Positions 12,697 through 23,827 of a stretch of DNA of 64,000 bases are shown here, one piece after another. Origin of the DNA: Paraspadella gotoi (taxonomy: Eukaryota; Animalia; Chaetognatha); NCBI GenBank assembly GCA_051294375.1, contig CM119265.1, positions 11,347,818-11,411,817 on the forward strand, in the 5' to 3' direction. Both the position numbers and the translations under genes were made by a program. Every line of letters begins with the position of its first letter. The stretch's first letter is position 1. The notes under the pieces were generated by a model. The model had not been told where the DNA came from, searched no databases, and saw nothing but the letters and a program-made list of their open reading frames with translations.

Positions 12697-15209
12697 GTTT
12701 AAATGGAAAAAACTGAAAAACATATTTCACTATTTGAACACCAATTACTCATGAGTGGATGGGGAGATTGACTTAAAATTTTGTGTTTTGGTAGAAAAGT
12801 GTGTGATTAAACTGGAAATCAAGTTTCCATGGAATCGTTTGAGTGGAAATGGAAAAAAACAAATAACCTGTTTCATTAATTGATTATGCTTCTTTTTCTT
12901 TTTCTTTTAAATGTAAATGCAAGATGTATTAATTAATCAAATAATTAATCAGTTAATTAATCAATTAGTCAATTAATTAATCAATTATTAATAAATCTGT
13001 CAATTAATCAATCAAAACAAACATTTCGGATCAAATTGCCTAATTAATTAAATAATTAACTTGAATAAATTAATTATTAATTAATTATTAATTAATTAAT
13101 TATTAATTAATTAATTACCGATAATGATCGTGGGCAGATCCAACATTGTTTGCTCAAACTTGTTAAAAATTGATTCTGATAAAGATTAAAAAGTTAAATA
13201 AAAGTTAGTACTACAAATTTCAAAAAATTTAATGATAAATGGGTTAAAATTTGAAAAAAACTTTAAAGAATCATTAGCATCATTCATTAAATTTTATAGT
13301 TCTTGTTAATTTTCATAGATAAATCATTAAAATTTCAAAAAGTTGTATTAATAACCTTCATCTAACTTTTCAAGTTTTATCAGAATCCATTAAAAAATAT
13401 ATAAATTTATTAAAAAAATTTTTGACATTATATAGTATTCGGATAATATAAATTAGCTTCCATGCGTTTAACTAAAAGATATTTTAAATTTTTTTTGATT
13501 TTCACGATCTTTAATAAACACATTAACAATATTTATACCGGACTTCTGTTAGTTTGTAACCTGTTTCGCCCTAATAAGTATATTCTAAGATGTTCAGTGT
13601 AAACTATGAATGCGCATTTCATTAGTTTCATTTCATTAGTATCTTACTTGAAAGAATCTTGGCTTGACATCGGTGACTCGCGATGTAAACTATGTCTTTG
13701 ATATATGTATAGTTAGTAAGGCGGGCCAAAATTAATCTATTTATATAGTAATAAAATCATTTTAAATGCTTCCGTGCGCTAATCAATAAGATAAATTTTA
13801 AAAATTATTTTTATTTATTCAACAGTCATTTAACCATTATTTATTTGAGAGAACTTCTAGTTTTCAACCTGTTCCGGCCTAATAGTAGGAGTAGCCTAGC
13901 GAAAATTTAAACATTTTTTTAAAAATTTGAATGGACAAAAAAATTTAATATTACTCCATACTAACTAATTTTTTGCTGNNNNNNNNNNAAAGCTGCCTGT
14001 TCCAAAAATCAGGAATCCATTACATCAAAAGTGACATATATAGATAGAGCAATAAAAAACGAATCGAATGGTGGTCACCTATGATTTGTAGCTTTAAAGC
14101 TAGTTAAGAAAAATGTGTTTATTGTCAATGCTGATTTTAAATGAGGACTTGAGCTTTCCCCTTTATTCATCTGAAGCTGTCATTTGGGTTGACGACTTTT
14201 CTGAGGAGAGTCAAAGTTAGTTTCGACAGGTGATTAGAGGGCATTGGTTGCTTATTGCCTTTCCAGAGGTCTCCCTCTGTCTCAGCGAGCGGAGACGGGG
14301 GAGTCATTGTGCGTCCGTGGTGGTTGGTATCATCTACCACCATGATTTAGAGAAGGTTCAAAGGTTCAAGAGATTGACTTTTTCTTTATTCACTTTTTTA
14401 TTTTTTTTTGTTTTTAAATTGAGTTTGAAATAAAGATGTAGTCTTTTACAACAACGATTACATTTAATGTTTTTTTATAATGTCTTTACACCATATTTAT
14501 CTATTATAACAATATATATTGGTATTATTGATTTAGGTATCTGACATAAAATAAAATGAAAGTTCATCAGCCATATTAACATCAAAGTTAAAGTAAAAAA
14601 GCTTGCGCGTCTGCATAATTAAACAATATCTAATAACTAAATAAAATATTTAAATTAAACTTTTAAAATAAATGATAAAAAAGAACATGTAACATATCTA
14701 GCGAATTTATAAAATTAGTTCGTAGCTTTAGAACTAATATTTAGCTGTTTTTGGTAACTTCCAGTTTGTAAAAGTAGTTTTTCAACATAATAAGCACCTA
14801 AAACTATTTTTTTAATATATTAACTAACTTGCAATGCAATATTCTAGTCAGGAATGAACTAATTATATTAGAAAATTAAATTTAAATAGAACTTGTTCAT
14901 GAAATCTACGAATATATGTGAATTTTGACGCTCGTGACACTTGGGCGCTCCTGGGAAGGGCCAAGAATTTTAAAAAGTCTAACAAAAGTCATATATTCAG
15001 ATAGAACGGAAAAAAAGGAAAAGAATGCCGTTCTCCTGAGATTTCTATTTTAAAAAAAATCGGATTTAAATGTGTCTCCTCCATAGTATGGAGTTCATAC
15101 CCCATATATTAATTTTTTAATATTTATTTATAAATAGAATAGGCTAAACATTTTTTTTGGATTTTTTTATTTTTAAGATAAGATTCAGGTAGCTTGCAAA
15201 AGTTGTCTA

Positions 15210-15568
15210 CGGAGGCGTGGGTTCGAATCTCACCGCTGCCACCACAAATAAGTAAATAGACAGGGATTTCGAGACGAAATCAAAGTGGATTTTATTTCTT
15301 CAGAAAATAGACAATAATACAAGACGGTGTCAATTTTCGGGCAGAATGAATCAGTACAGGTTTTGGTTCCCTTTTATATAGTGCAAACGGATCGGAGGTA
15401 AGGGTAAAAAATCCTTGGCAGAAGGAAGCCCATCTGACCATTGGCCGGTGCCATTTGTTGCCTCGACCAATGAGAATGTTCCATTCTGGTTCCGGGTTTT
15501 TCTGGTTCCTGGTTTTCCCCGAGTCGCTGATCCGATTTCGACTTTGGGGTTCTGATTCCTCTGCGATG
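15210..15568 (-). mobile_element. LTR-like fragment ending in 35 nt copied from the tRNA-Leu 3' end, including CCA
   Basis: Plus strand 15210-15244 is CGGAGGCGTGGGTTCGAATCTCACCGCTGCCACCA. The minus strand has TATATAAAAG (15380-15371) then AATAAA (15296-15291). It interrupts a repeat whose empty site is at ~28590-28620. Confidence 0.65.
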
Positions 15569-15633
15569 ATATAATTCTTTTTTCAATATTTTTATCATAA
15601 GTGGGTAAAACAAAAGAACACTATTTATAATCA

Positions 15634-16331
15634 TAGGAGTAAGCTCTGACGAAAAAAGTCTGAGGTTTTTTTAATATATTCTTTTACCGGCCATTGTAGA
15701 ATGATAGCAATATTGCTATTGTTAAGTTTAAAAAAACCCGACGATAAATATAGAAAATATTAACCAAAATCTTCAGAAAATCCACCCCTTCTTTGGAAGA
15801 TTTTCGCCATAGAAGATTTTTCCCGAATCTGAATCCCGGTTGAAAACTCTTAGAATTCCGATCGTTAGCTCCTCTTTTACTTTTACTTTAAATAAAAATT
15901 TCACCAAACTTTACCATGATCGTATCATATTAAAATAACTAAATAAAATGTAAAGAAAAATTTTGAGAGCCCTTCAGACATATGGCAATCGGATTCCTGA
16001 ATTTGAAGTTTATTGTAAAATGACAACATACCTTAAATGTATTGAAGTTGAGAAATGCCTTTATTTTATAAATAAAAATTGCGTCAAAAATATTTTCCTG
16101 AGCGGACCAGTCCATTTTAATTGGATGGTTTGATGTCAAAATGATTGTTATTTATCAAGAGAAAAAAAATGCGAGCCCTTCAGATGTAACAGGATCAGAA
16201 TCGAGTGTTTTTACATCTATTTTTTACCTGAATTTTTCCCAGGGGCGTTGACATTGTTTGGTAGTCAGATTTTAACGAAAATCTCCATTGAAAAAGTCTT
16301 CCTCGATTTCTAAGAACGACGTAGACTCCTA
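15634..16331. mobile_element. 698-bp non-autonomous DNA element with 7-bp TIRs and a 7-bp TSD
   Basis: ATAATCA|TAGGAGT...ACTCCTA|ATAATCA. A second copy is split between 23828-24514 and 21281-21317. Confidence 0.85.
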
Positions 16332-16814
16332 ATAATCATCATCATCATCTTTCGAAAATTTTATTACTTTTTCTTAATTTTGACCAAGAAAACAAGAATT
16401 TTTGAAAGTTGTAGTTATATAGGCGAAAATCTTGCTTAAGGTCCGGGATCACTCAATTCAAATTATAATTAGGCTAAAACCGAGCTCGGATTTCGAAAGA
16501 AGAGCTCCTGACGATTCCGAAAATGTATTCACTTTACTATTTTTTCAAAGGCGTCATCGTTTTTTCGATTTTTTTTGTACTATATAAAATAAAAGAAACC
16601 TATTTGAAGAGTTGCAGACCAAACGGTAAGGCGGTTTCTTATGAAATTTGGTATGAATTACCTTTAGGTCACAAACTCCAATTCTATGAAAAGATACTTT
16701 CAAAATTTGCCTTCCTTCATATAAAATTTGATTATTTTAATCAATTTTTTTGATTAATTCCTTGATATCTTTGAAACGAAAAACATTTTTCTATTATTAT
16801 TATAATTATAATTC

Positions 16815-17241
16815 ACTTTGTCGGTCCGCCCCCTCAATCTTGTCGGGCATTTACTTATATCATGTCAAAACATCGAATTATGAAAAATTATGCAAAAAAA
16901 TGTCCGTCCGTCCGTCCGTCCATCCCACCTTAGCAAAAAACACCAATAACTCGTGATTGGATGGATGAATTGGAATGAAATTTTGTGTGTGGGTAGGGAA
17001 GTGTGTGATTGAGCTGGATATGAAGTTTCGATGAAATTGTCCGAGTGGAAATGAGTTTAAAAATCAGGGATGTGGAGCCGGAGCCGGAGCTGGAGCCGCC
17101 GGAGCCGAGCTTTTTTTGCCGGAGCCGGAGCCGGAGCCAGAATTTTTATCTGGCCGGAGCTGGAGCCGGAGCCGAAAAAAAATTTTGACCGGAGCCGGAG
17201 CTGGAGCCGGAGCCGAAATAAAAATGCCCGGCTCCAGCTCC
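16815..17241 (+). mobile_element. HINE 5' half (16815-17064) interrupted by the left end of a hAT-like (GGAGCC)n MITE (from 17065)
   Basis: GTTTAAAAAT|CAGGGATGTGGAGCCG; this 16-bp TIR is the exact reverse complement of 12681-12696. Confidence 0.75.
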
Positions 17242-17939
17242 ATAAAAATAAAATAAGATTATAATTATCAAATTAAATATTAAAAAAAAAAGAGTGATGG
17301 AGGCCTTAAACCACCAAAGCCTGTCCAAAGTCAGGGGCAAGATAGCTTATTTATTAAATGAATGGATAATTTTTATATTGGTTGTACCAATTTCATAATA
17401 TTGATTTTTATAATTTATGAAAATTTTCAACTTACTTGTTTCACTATTTTCTATTTTTATATTTTTTGATTTTTATAATTTATATAATATCATATATTTA
17501 TTATATATAAGATTAAGTAAAATAAATAATTCTTTATTTTTAATCTATTAAATTATTATAAAATACTTTCAATTTTTTATGAAGTAAAATTTATCCCTGA
17601 ATATGCTTTGGCTTACTTAATACAGCAGTCTGATTAAAGGCAAAGCTTTTCAATAATATATTTTAAATAATAATAATAATAATAATAAAAGTTATTTTGC
17701 TTATAATTTTTTTTCCTATTATATACTTGCAATTTTTGTTACATATGGTTAAAACATATATAATTTAAAAGATAAAAAATTAAATTACTTTAATATAATA
17801 CTTTTTATTTTTAACTTTTTAATTAATGAATCCAAAAAATATACCATAAAACTTATCATATTAGTGTACTTCTTTCATAGTATTAAGGAGATAACAGTTT
17901 TTGAATTTGAACAACAATTTTTATTGACAAAATTTTAAG

Positions 17940-17985
17940 TCAGGATATGTTTCGGCTCACAAGGGTTAGAGCCTTCAGCAGCAGT
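17940..17985 (-). ncRNA. Mutated hammerhead motif in element ~17890-18380
   Basis: Minus strand reads CTG-CTGCTGA-AGGCTC...GAGCC-GAAA-CATATC; the core CTGATGA is changed to CTGCTGA. Confidence 0.55.
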
Positions 17986-18772
17986 TTTGAAATTAACAAT
18001 TTTTTCTCTGTTAATGTTAAGTTTTGGAGAGAGAGAGAGATTTTCCAACAAAGAATAGGGTAAGAGACAGTGGCCCGATGTGAGGACAGCTGAAGGTGAG
18101 GACAGGGAAGAAGAAACCAATTTTGGTGAAAAGTCAAAAGAAGAGAGAAGGAGAGAGAGAGAGAGAAATAATATCAATACATTTGGTAATGTACAACAGA
18201 GATATAGTGGAATAAATTAAATTAACAAACTTAAAGATAAACTAATATTTAACAAAAATAAAATATATTAAATTAGTTCTAACTAAATAAATAAATAAAG
18301 TGAATTAAAGTGAAATTTGAAACGGAAGAAATAAGTGGTGAGGGATAGTTAAGTAAAGTGATAGTGAAAGTAAGTGTAAGAAAGAGCTCAAAATAAGCTG
18401 GCTCCCCCGGCCGGGCAAATAGAAGATATATATATGCCTGAAAGGAATAACCATACTCGGGTATCCTGTCAATCTTTTTTTTTTATTAAGGTCGGACTAA
18501 GTGATAGACAAAAAGCATTGGTCAAGTTCAGGGTTTGAAAAGGGACTGGCCAGGAATAATGGGGATATAATAAGCCTTCCCATTCACCCTGAATGAACCC
18601 AATAAAAACCCTAACCCTAATTAATTTATCTTATTTGCAATCTTGCATCATTTACCGCAGGCCATTTTTTTAGCCCTAACCCTAACCTTTTATCTCATGC
18701 CATGCTAAAACCTTAACCCTAGTATTTTAACTCTACAAGTTGACACACAACAGCCCCGCCGCTAAAAAAACC

Positions 18773-19933
18773 TTGTCATTTACAAATTTTTAAATTTTTT
18801 TTAATCTGAAAAAGTTTTTCTGTAATAAAAACCTAAATCATTTATATATCCAAATTTTATATTGATTGGTTTTGACTTGGCACTGAGCAGAGAAAGGTTG
18901 CCTTAAAAATTGTGTTTTCATTTTAAAACTTTATTTTTTCTTCAATCTGTTTTTCTAACTTTTTAACTATTTTTTTACAAAACTTTATATAAAAAGGTAT
19001 CAATATTAATATCTTCTGAAAGCTTTTAAAAATATAAAGAGATTGGCATAATTAAAAATACTGTAATATTAAAAATAGCCTATCTAGCTTTAAGATAATT
19101 ATTAAATTAAAAATTCTTAAAGAGCAGTTTTTTGAATAATTATTAAATTTTTGTTAGCTATTTTAATTTAGTTTTTCTTAAGCTTTTTTATGATACTTAT
19201 ATAAACAATAATTGGTAAGATCATATAAGTAAGAATCAGTCAGATATTTAAAAAAAAATATTTTAATATTTTATTATTTCAATTTGGATTATCTTAATTA
19301 AACTAAAGCTGGTTAGGCTTATTTTCACGTTAGAATATTCTTAAATATATTATTTTCTTCAAATTTTCAAGAGCTTTCAGAAGATATTAATATTGATACC
19401 TTTTTATATAAAAGTTTTTTATTTGGAGAGAAAACAAAAATTTGTTATTTGATAACAATGGTTTTGTTTTTATTTAAATCGGACATTTTTTTGACTCTAG
19501 GACTTCATAGTTTTTTATCAGCATTAAATTCAAAAACATTTTAGTTTTAAATATTGAGTTTGTAAATTTAAATGCTGATGAAGACTCGAAAGTTATAGAA
19601 TCGAAACATGTCCGATTTAAATAAAACAAAATTATTGTTGTCAAATAATGAATTTTCGTTTTCTCTCTAAATAATTCAAAAAAATAATAAAAGAAAGGAT
19701 TAATACAATGTAAAAGTTTTTTTAAAAAATGTTTATAAAGTTAGACGAAAAAATTGAAAAAAAAAGATTTGTTTTAAAATGAAAGACAATTTTTAAAACA
19801 ACATTTTCCTGGTCATTACCAAGTCAAATCATAACCAATAAATATAAAATTTGGATATATAAATGATTTAGGTTTTTACTATAGAAAAAATCTTTCAGAT
19901 TAAAAATATCTTCACAAGTTTGCAAATGACAAT
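18773..19933. mobile_element. AT-rich fold-back/MITE element with a nested insertion in its right arm
   Basis: TTGTCATTTACAAA...TTTGCAAATGACAA long inverted arms. The insertion at 19421-19710 is flanked by a duplicated TAAAAGTTTTTT. Confidence 0.75.
19570..19618 (+). ncRNA. Hammerhead ribozyme motif, one of an inverted pair (degenerate partner at ~19480-19526, minus strand)
   Basis: AATG-CTGATGA-AGACTC...GAATC-GAAA-CAT-GTC-CGATTT. Confidence 0.7.
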
Positions 19934-20895
19934 TTGAAGTTAAGACATGGGGATAAATACATCACCTGCGGGCTCTTCCCTCAAAACTAAACCCTAACCC
20001 AAGTCTCCCGTACATCTCCATGCCTTTCCCCAACCCTAACCCAGGTCTAGGCCTCCCATACATTTCAATGCCTCAACCCTAACCACCTTCGACTCGCTAA
20101 CTGTGGGCTTTCCTAACCCTAACCCTTACCCGGGCCTCTTGTTTAACTCCATTCCTCTCCCCTAATCCTAACCCAGACGCTGGCCTCCAGTACATCTCTG
20201 TGCCTAAACCCAAACCTAAACTGCCTTGATGCATCAACCATGGGCTTTTCCCCTAACCCGAGCCTCTCGTTCAACTCCATGCTTTTCTCCCAAATCTAAC
20301 CCTAACTCGGGCCTGGGCTTCCCATATATTCTGTGCCTTAACCCTAACCCTATCCGCCTTTGATGCATCAACAATAAGCCTCTCCTTCTACCCTAACCCA
20401 GGCCTCCCATTCAACTTCATGCCTCTCTCCTAACCCTAACCTTAACCCTGGACCAGGTCTCCCTTATATATTCGTACCTCAACTTTAATCCCTAATATCC
20501 ATTGCCAGTACCTTGCTTAACCCTAATGCCGGCTTTTTGTTTATCTTAACCTAAAATTGACATAAACCCTAACCCTAACCATAAACTACTTAACTTTAAG
20601 CCTAACCCTAAATTACTCAACCCTAACCCTAATTATTACCAACTCAACCTTAACCCTAAACCAAACCAACTCACCCTAATCTAACCTTAAATTACCTCAA
20701 CCCTAACCCTAACCATAATCTGAGTTTTAAGTAAAATCACCATAATGAGAATGCTAAATATAATTTACAATTAAATTACCAAAAAGTGAGGATGTCACCA
20801 AAAATAAAAAAATATTTTGCTTATTATTTTAATATTTTTAAATATAATTTTAATTATTTGAGTTTAGTTTTGACAACGATTTTATTTAATTCAAA

Positions 20896-20937
20896 AACAG
20901 ACATGTTTCGGCTTCATTTCAAGCCTTCATCAGCGTT
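20896..20937 (-). ncRNA. Minimal type I hammerhead ribozyme with intact core, in element ~20860-21275
   Basis: Minus strand reads AACG-CTGATGA-AGGCTT-GAAATG-AAGCC-GAAA-CAT-GTC-TGTT: helix I, helix II, palindromic helix III (ACATGT) and a GUC cleavage triplet. Confidence 0.88.
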
Positions 20938-21110
20938 AGTGAACTTTGAAAATATTTTGTGTAAAGGAAGAGAGAAAGAGAGATAAACAGAGAGAGAGAG
21001 AGAGGGCAAAGTTTCCAACACAGAGTTTAGAAAGGACAGTGGTCAATTGGTGAGGACAGGCTGAAGTTGAGAAAAAGACAGAGTAAGTTGTGAAAAGAAG
21101 TGAAATGGTG

Positions 21111-21158
<48 letters not shown>

Positions 21159-21406
21159 CAGTGCAAAATCTTTACATTGTGTAATGTATAACAATAAGAA
21201 AAAATTTTTTAAACTGATGAATATTAGTGAAGTATAACAATTAATCTACTTAATAATTAGTGAGAGTGAAACAGGAAAAAAATCTTCCTCGATTTCTAAG
21301 AACGACGTAGACTCCTATGCGAGTTGAAATAAAATATTATTAATGCCGCAGTAACAGGGGAATATGAACCTATTGACTGAATCTACATTGCGATATTTTT
21401 TTTCAG

Positions 21407-21508
21407 ATGACGATGGTGACACAAACTTCTTCTTGGGAAGCCGTGGAGGAAAACCTCAACGGAAGATTGGCGGAAAGTCAGGAACAAGTGGCTGTTGCTG
21501 AGGAGAAA
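21407..21508 (+). CDS. TMF1: TMF1 coding exon 5 (located upstream of exon 1)
   Basis: Acceptor ttttttcAG. MTMVTQTSSWEAVEENLNGRLAESQEQVAVAEEK resembles TMF1 ATLGSQTSSWEKLEKNLSDRLGESQ, the segment directly after exon 4. Phase 0/0, donor AAA|GTAGGC. Confidence 0.9.
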
Positions 21509-21576
21509 GTAGGCACCTGACAGTTTGGTTGCCAAGATTGCCACAAAATTATATTCTTTTTTATTTTACTTTTAAG

Positions 21577-21735
21577 GAACGCGTGTCGGCTGAAGAATTG
21601 TTCGAACTCCGGGGAAAGATGTCGCAGGAATCATCGAGATGCTCGTCATTGACGGCGGAAAAGGCCCTTCTTAAAACGGAAGTGGAGACGCTAAAATCCA
21701 AGCTCAGCATCGCTGAGGAAGCGAAGGCCTCGCAG
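21577..21735 (+). CDS. TMF1: TMF1 coding exon 6
   Basis: Follows a 68-bp intron with acceptor ttttaAG. ERVSAEELFELRGKMSQESSRCSSLTAEKALLKTEVETLKSKL...ASQ resembles TMF1 ERAATEELLANKIQMSSMESQNSLLRQE. Donor CAG|GTGCCG. Confidence 0.88.
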
Positions 21736-21999
21736 GTGCCGTTAAATAAATTTTGTAGACGTTTTGTTATAGGAGGTTATATTTGCCTAAGATGAGATAA
21801 GTATTAAGGCGGGCCAAAATTTAACATTTTTTACAATATGAAAAACTCTGCAATAAGTCTTTTGTCCTTTTACAACCAAATTGACTTATGAAGTTAGATT
21901 TTGATTATATTAATTTTCCTCATTCATGGAAGCATTTTAATGTTTAACAATATATAAAAAATACTTGAAAAAATTTTTAGTCGGATCTGCTTTCAGCAG

Positions 22000-22031
<32 letters not shown>

Positions 22032-22366
22032 TCACACCAGATATCTATTCTTTTTTAAGAAACAAAGGAACAATGGAACATGCATAAATAAATTTGATCT
22101 TCACCTGCGAGATCTTCCTTTGCACCTGCTTTTACAACAAAATAGCAATTTCTGTTTAAATTTCTATTATTCCATATAGCAATTTCGGCTTAAATTTCAA
22201 ACTTTCAAAATATTTTATCATTTTTTAATCAACATCATTCTTTTAAACATCATTCTATATAAAAAATATTAAATCCTATTTTTTTATTACCCATATATTT
22301 TGAAAAAAATATACAAGTTTAAAAAATATACAAATTTAAAAAAAATTTAAAAAAATAATACCAAGT

Positions 22367-23827
22367 TCAAGAATGATGCGAGTTGAAAAGAATGATGCGA
22401 GTTGAAAAGAATGATGCGAGTTGAAAAGAATGATGCGAGTTGAAAAGAATGATGCGAGTTGAAAAGAATGATGCGAGTTGAAAAGAATGAAATGCGAGTT
22501 GAAAAAGAATGATGGCGAGTGAAAAGAATGATGCGAGTTGAAAAGAATGATGCGAGTTGAAAAGAATGATGCGAGTTGAAAGAAATGATGCGAGTTGAAA
22601 AGAATGATGCGAGTTGAAAAGAATGATGCGAGTTGAAAAGAATGATGCGAGTTGAAAAGAATGATGCGAGTTGAAAAGAAATGATGCAGTTGAAAAGAAT
22701 GATGCGGAGTGAAAAGAATGATGCGAGTTGAAAGAATGATGCGAGTTGAAAAGAATGATGCGAGTTGAAAAGAATGATGCGAGTTGAAAAAGAATGAATG
22801 CGAGTTGAAAAGAATGATGCGAGTTTGAAAAGAATGATGCGAGTTGAAAAGAATGATGCGAGTTTGAAAAGAATGATGCGAGTTGAAAAGAATGATGCGA
22901 GTTGAAAGAATGATGCGAGTTGAAAAGAATGATGCGAGTTGAAAAGAAGATGCGATTTGAAAGAATGATGCGAGTTGAAAAGAATGATGAGTTGAAAAGA
23001 ATGATGCGAGTTGAAAAGAATGATGCGAGTTGAAAAGAATGATGCGAGTTGAAAAGAATGATGCGAGTTGAAAAGAAATGATGCGAGTTGAAAGAATGAT
23101 GCGAGTTGAAAAGAATGATGCGGTTGAAAAGAATGATGCGAGTTGAAAAGAATGAATGCGAGTTGAAAAGAATGATGCGAGTTGAAAAAGAATGATGCGA
23201 GTTGAAAAAGAATGATGCGAGTTGAAAAGAATGATGCGAGTTGAAAAGAATGATGCGAGTTTGAAAAGAAGATGCGAGTTGAAAAGAATGATGCGAGTTG
23301 AAAAGAATGAGCGAGTTGAAAAGAATGATGCGAGTTGAAAAGAATGATGCGAGTTGAAAAGAAGATGCGAGTTGAAAAGAATGATGCGAGTTGAAAGAAA
23401 TGATGCGAGTTGAAAAGAATGATGCGAGTTGAAAGAATGATGCGAGTTGAAAAGAATGATGCGGTTGAAAAGAATGATGCGAGTTGAAAAGAATGATGCG
23501 AGTTGAAAAGATGATGCGAGTTGAAAAAGAATGATGCGAGTTGAAAAGAATGATGCGAGTTGAAAAGAATGATGCGAGTTGAAAAGAATGATGCGAGTTG
23601 AAAAGAATGATGCGAGTTGAAAAGAATGATGCGAGTTGAAAAGAATGATGCGAGTTGAAAAGAATGATGGCGAGTTGAAAAGAATGATGCGAGTTGAAAA
23701 GAATGATGCGAGTTGAAAAGAATGATGCGAGTTGAAAAGAATGATGCGAGTTGAAAAGAAATGATGCGAGTTGAAAGAATGATGCGAGTTGAAAAAGAAT
23801 GATGCGAGTTGAAAAAATGATGCGAGT
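22367..23827. repeat. 19-bp satellite (GAATGATGCGAGTTGAAAA)n, roughly 75 units
   Basis: Directly visible homogeneous tandem array; variants are mostly single-base indels. Confidence 0.97.

Larger units (their letters stand above)
18608..20715. repeat. Interstitial telomere-like (CCCTAA) repeats within degenerate longer units, interrupted by a palindromic element
   Basis: Many AACCCTAACCCT motifs at 18608-18722 and 19985-20715. Confidence 0.75.

Noticed and set aside
15210-15244. Functional tRNA-Leu gene
   Set aside because: Only the 3' 35 nt are present and CCA is encoded, so it is a reverse-transcribed fragment.
12431-17340. APAPAP / SRSRSW repeat ORFs
   Set aside because: They are translations of the (GGAGCC)n subterminal repeats of a MITE.
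22367-23827. CRISPR-like array
   Set aside because: Units are contiguous with no unique spacers, there are no cas genes, and the context is eukaryotic.
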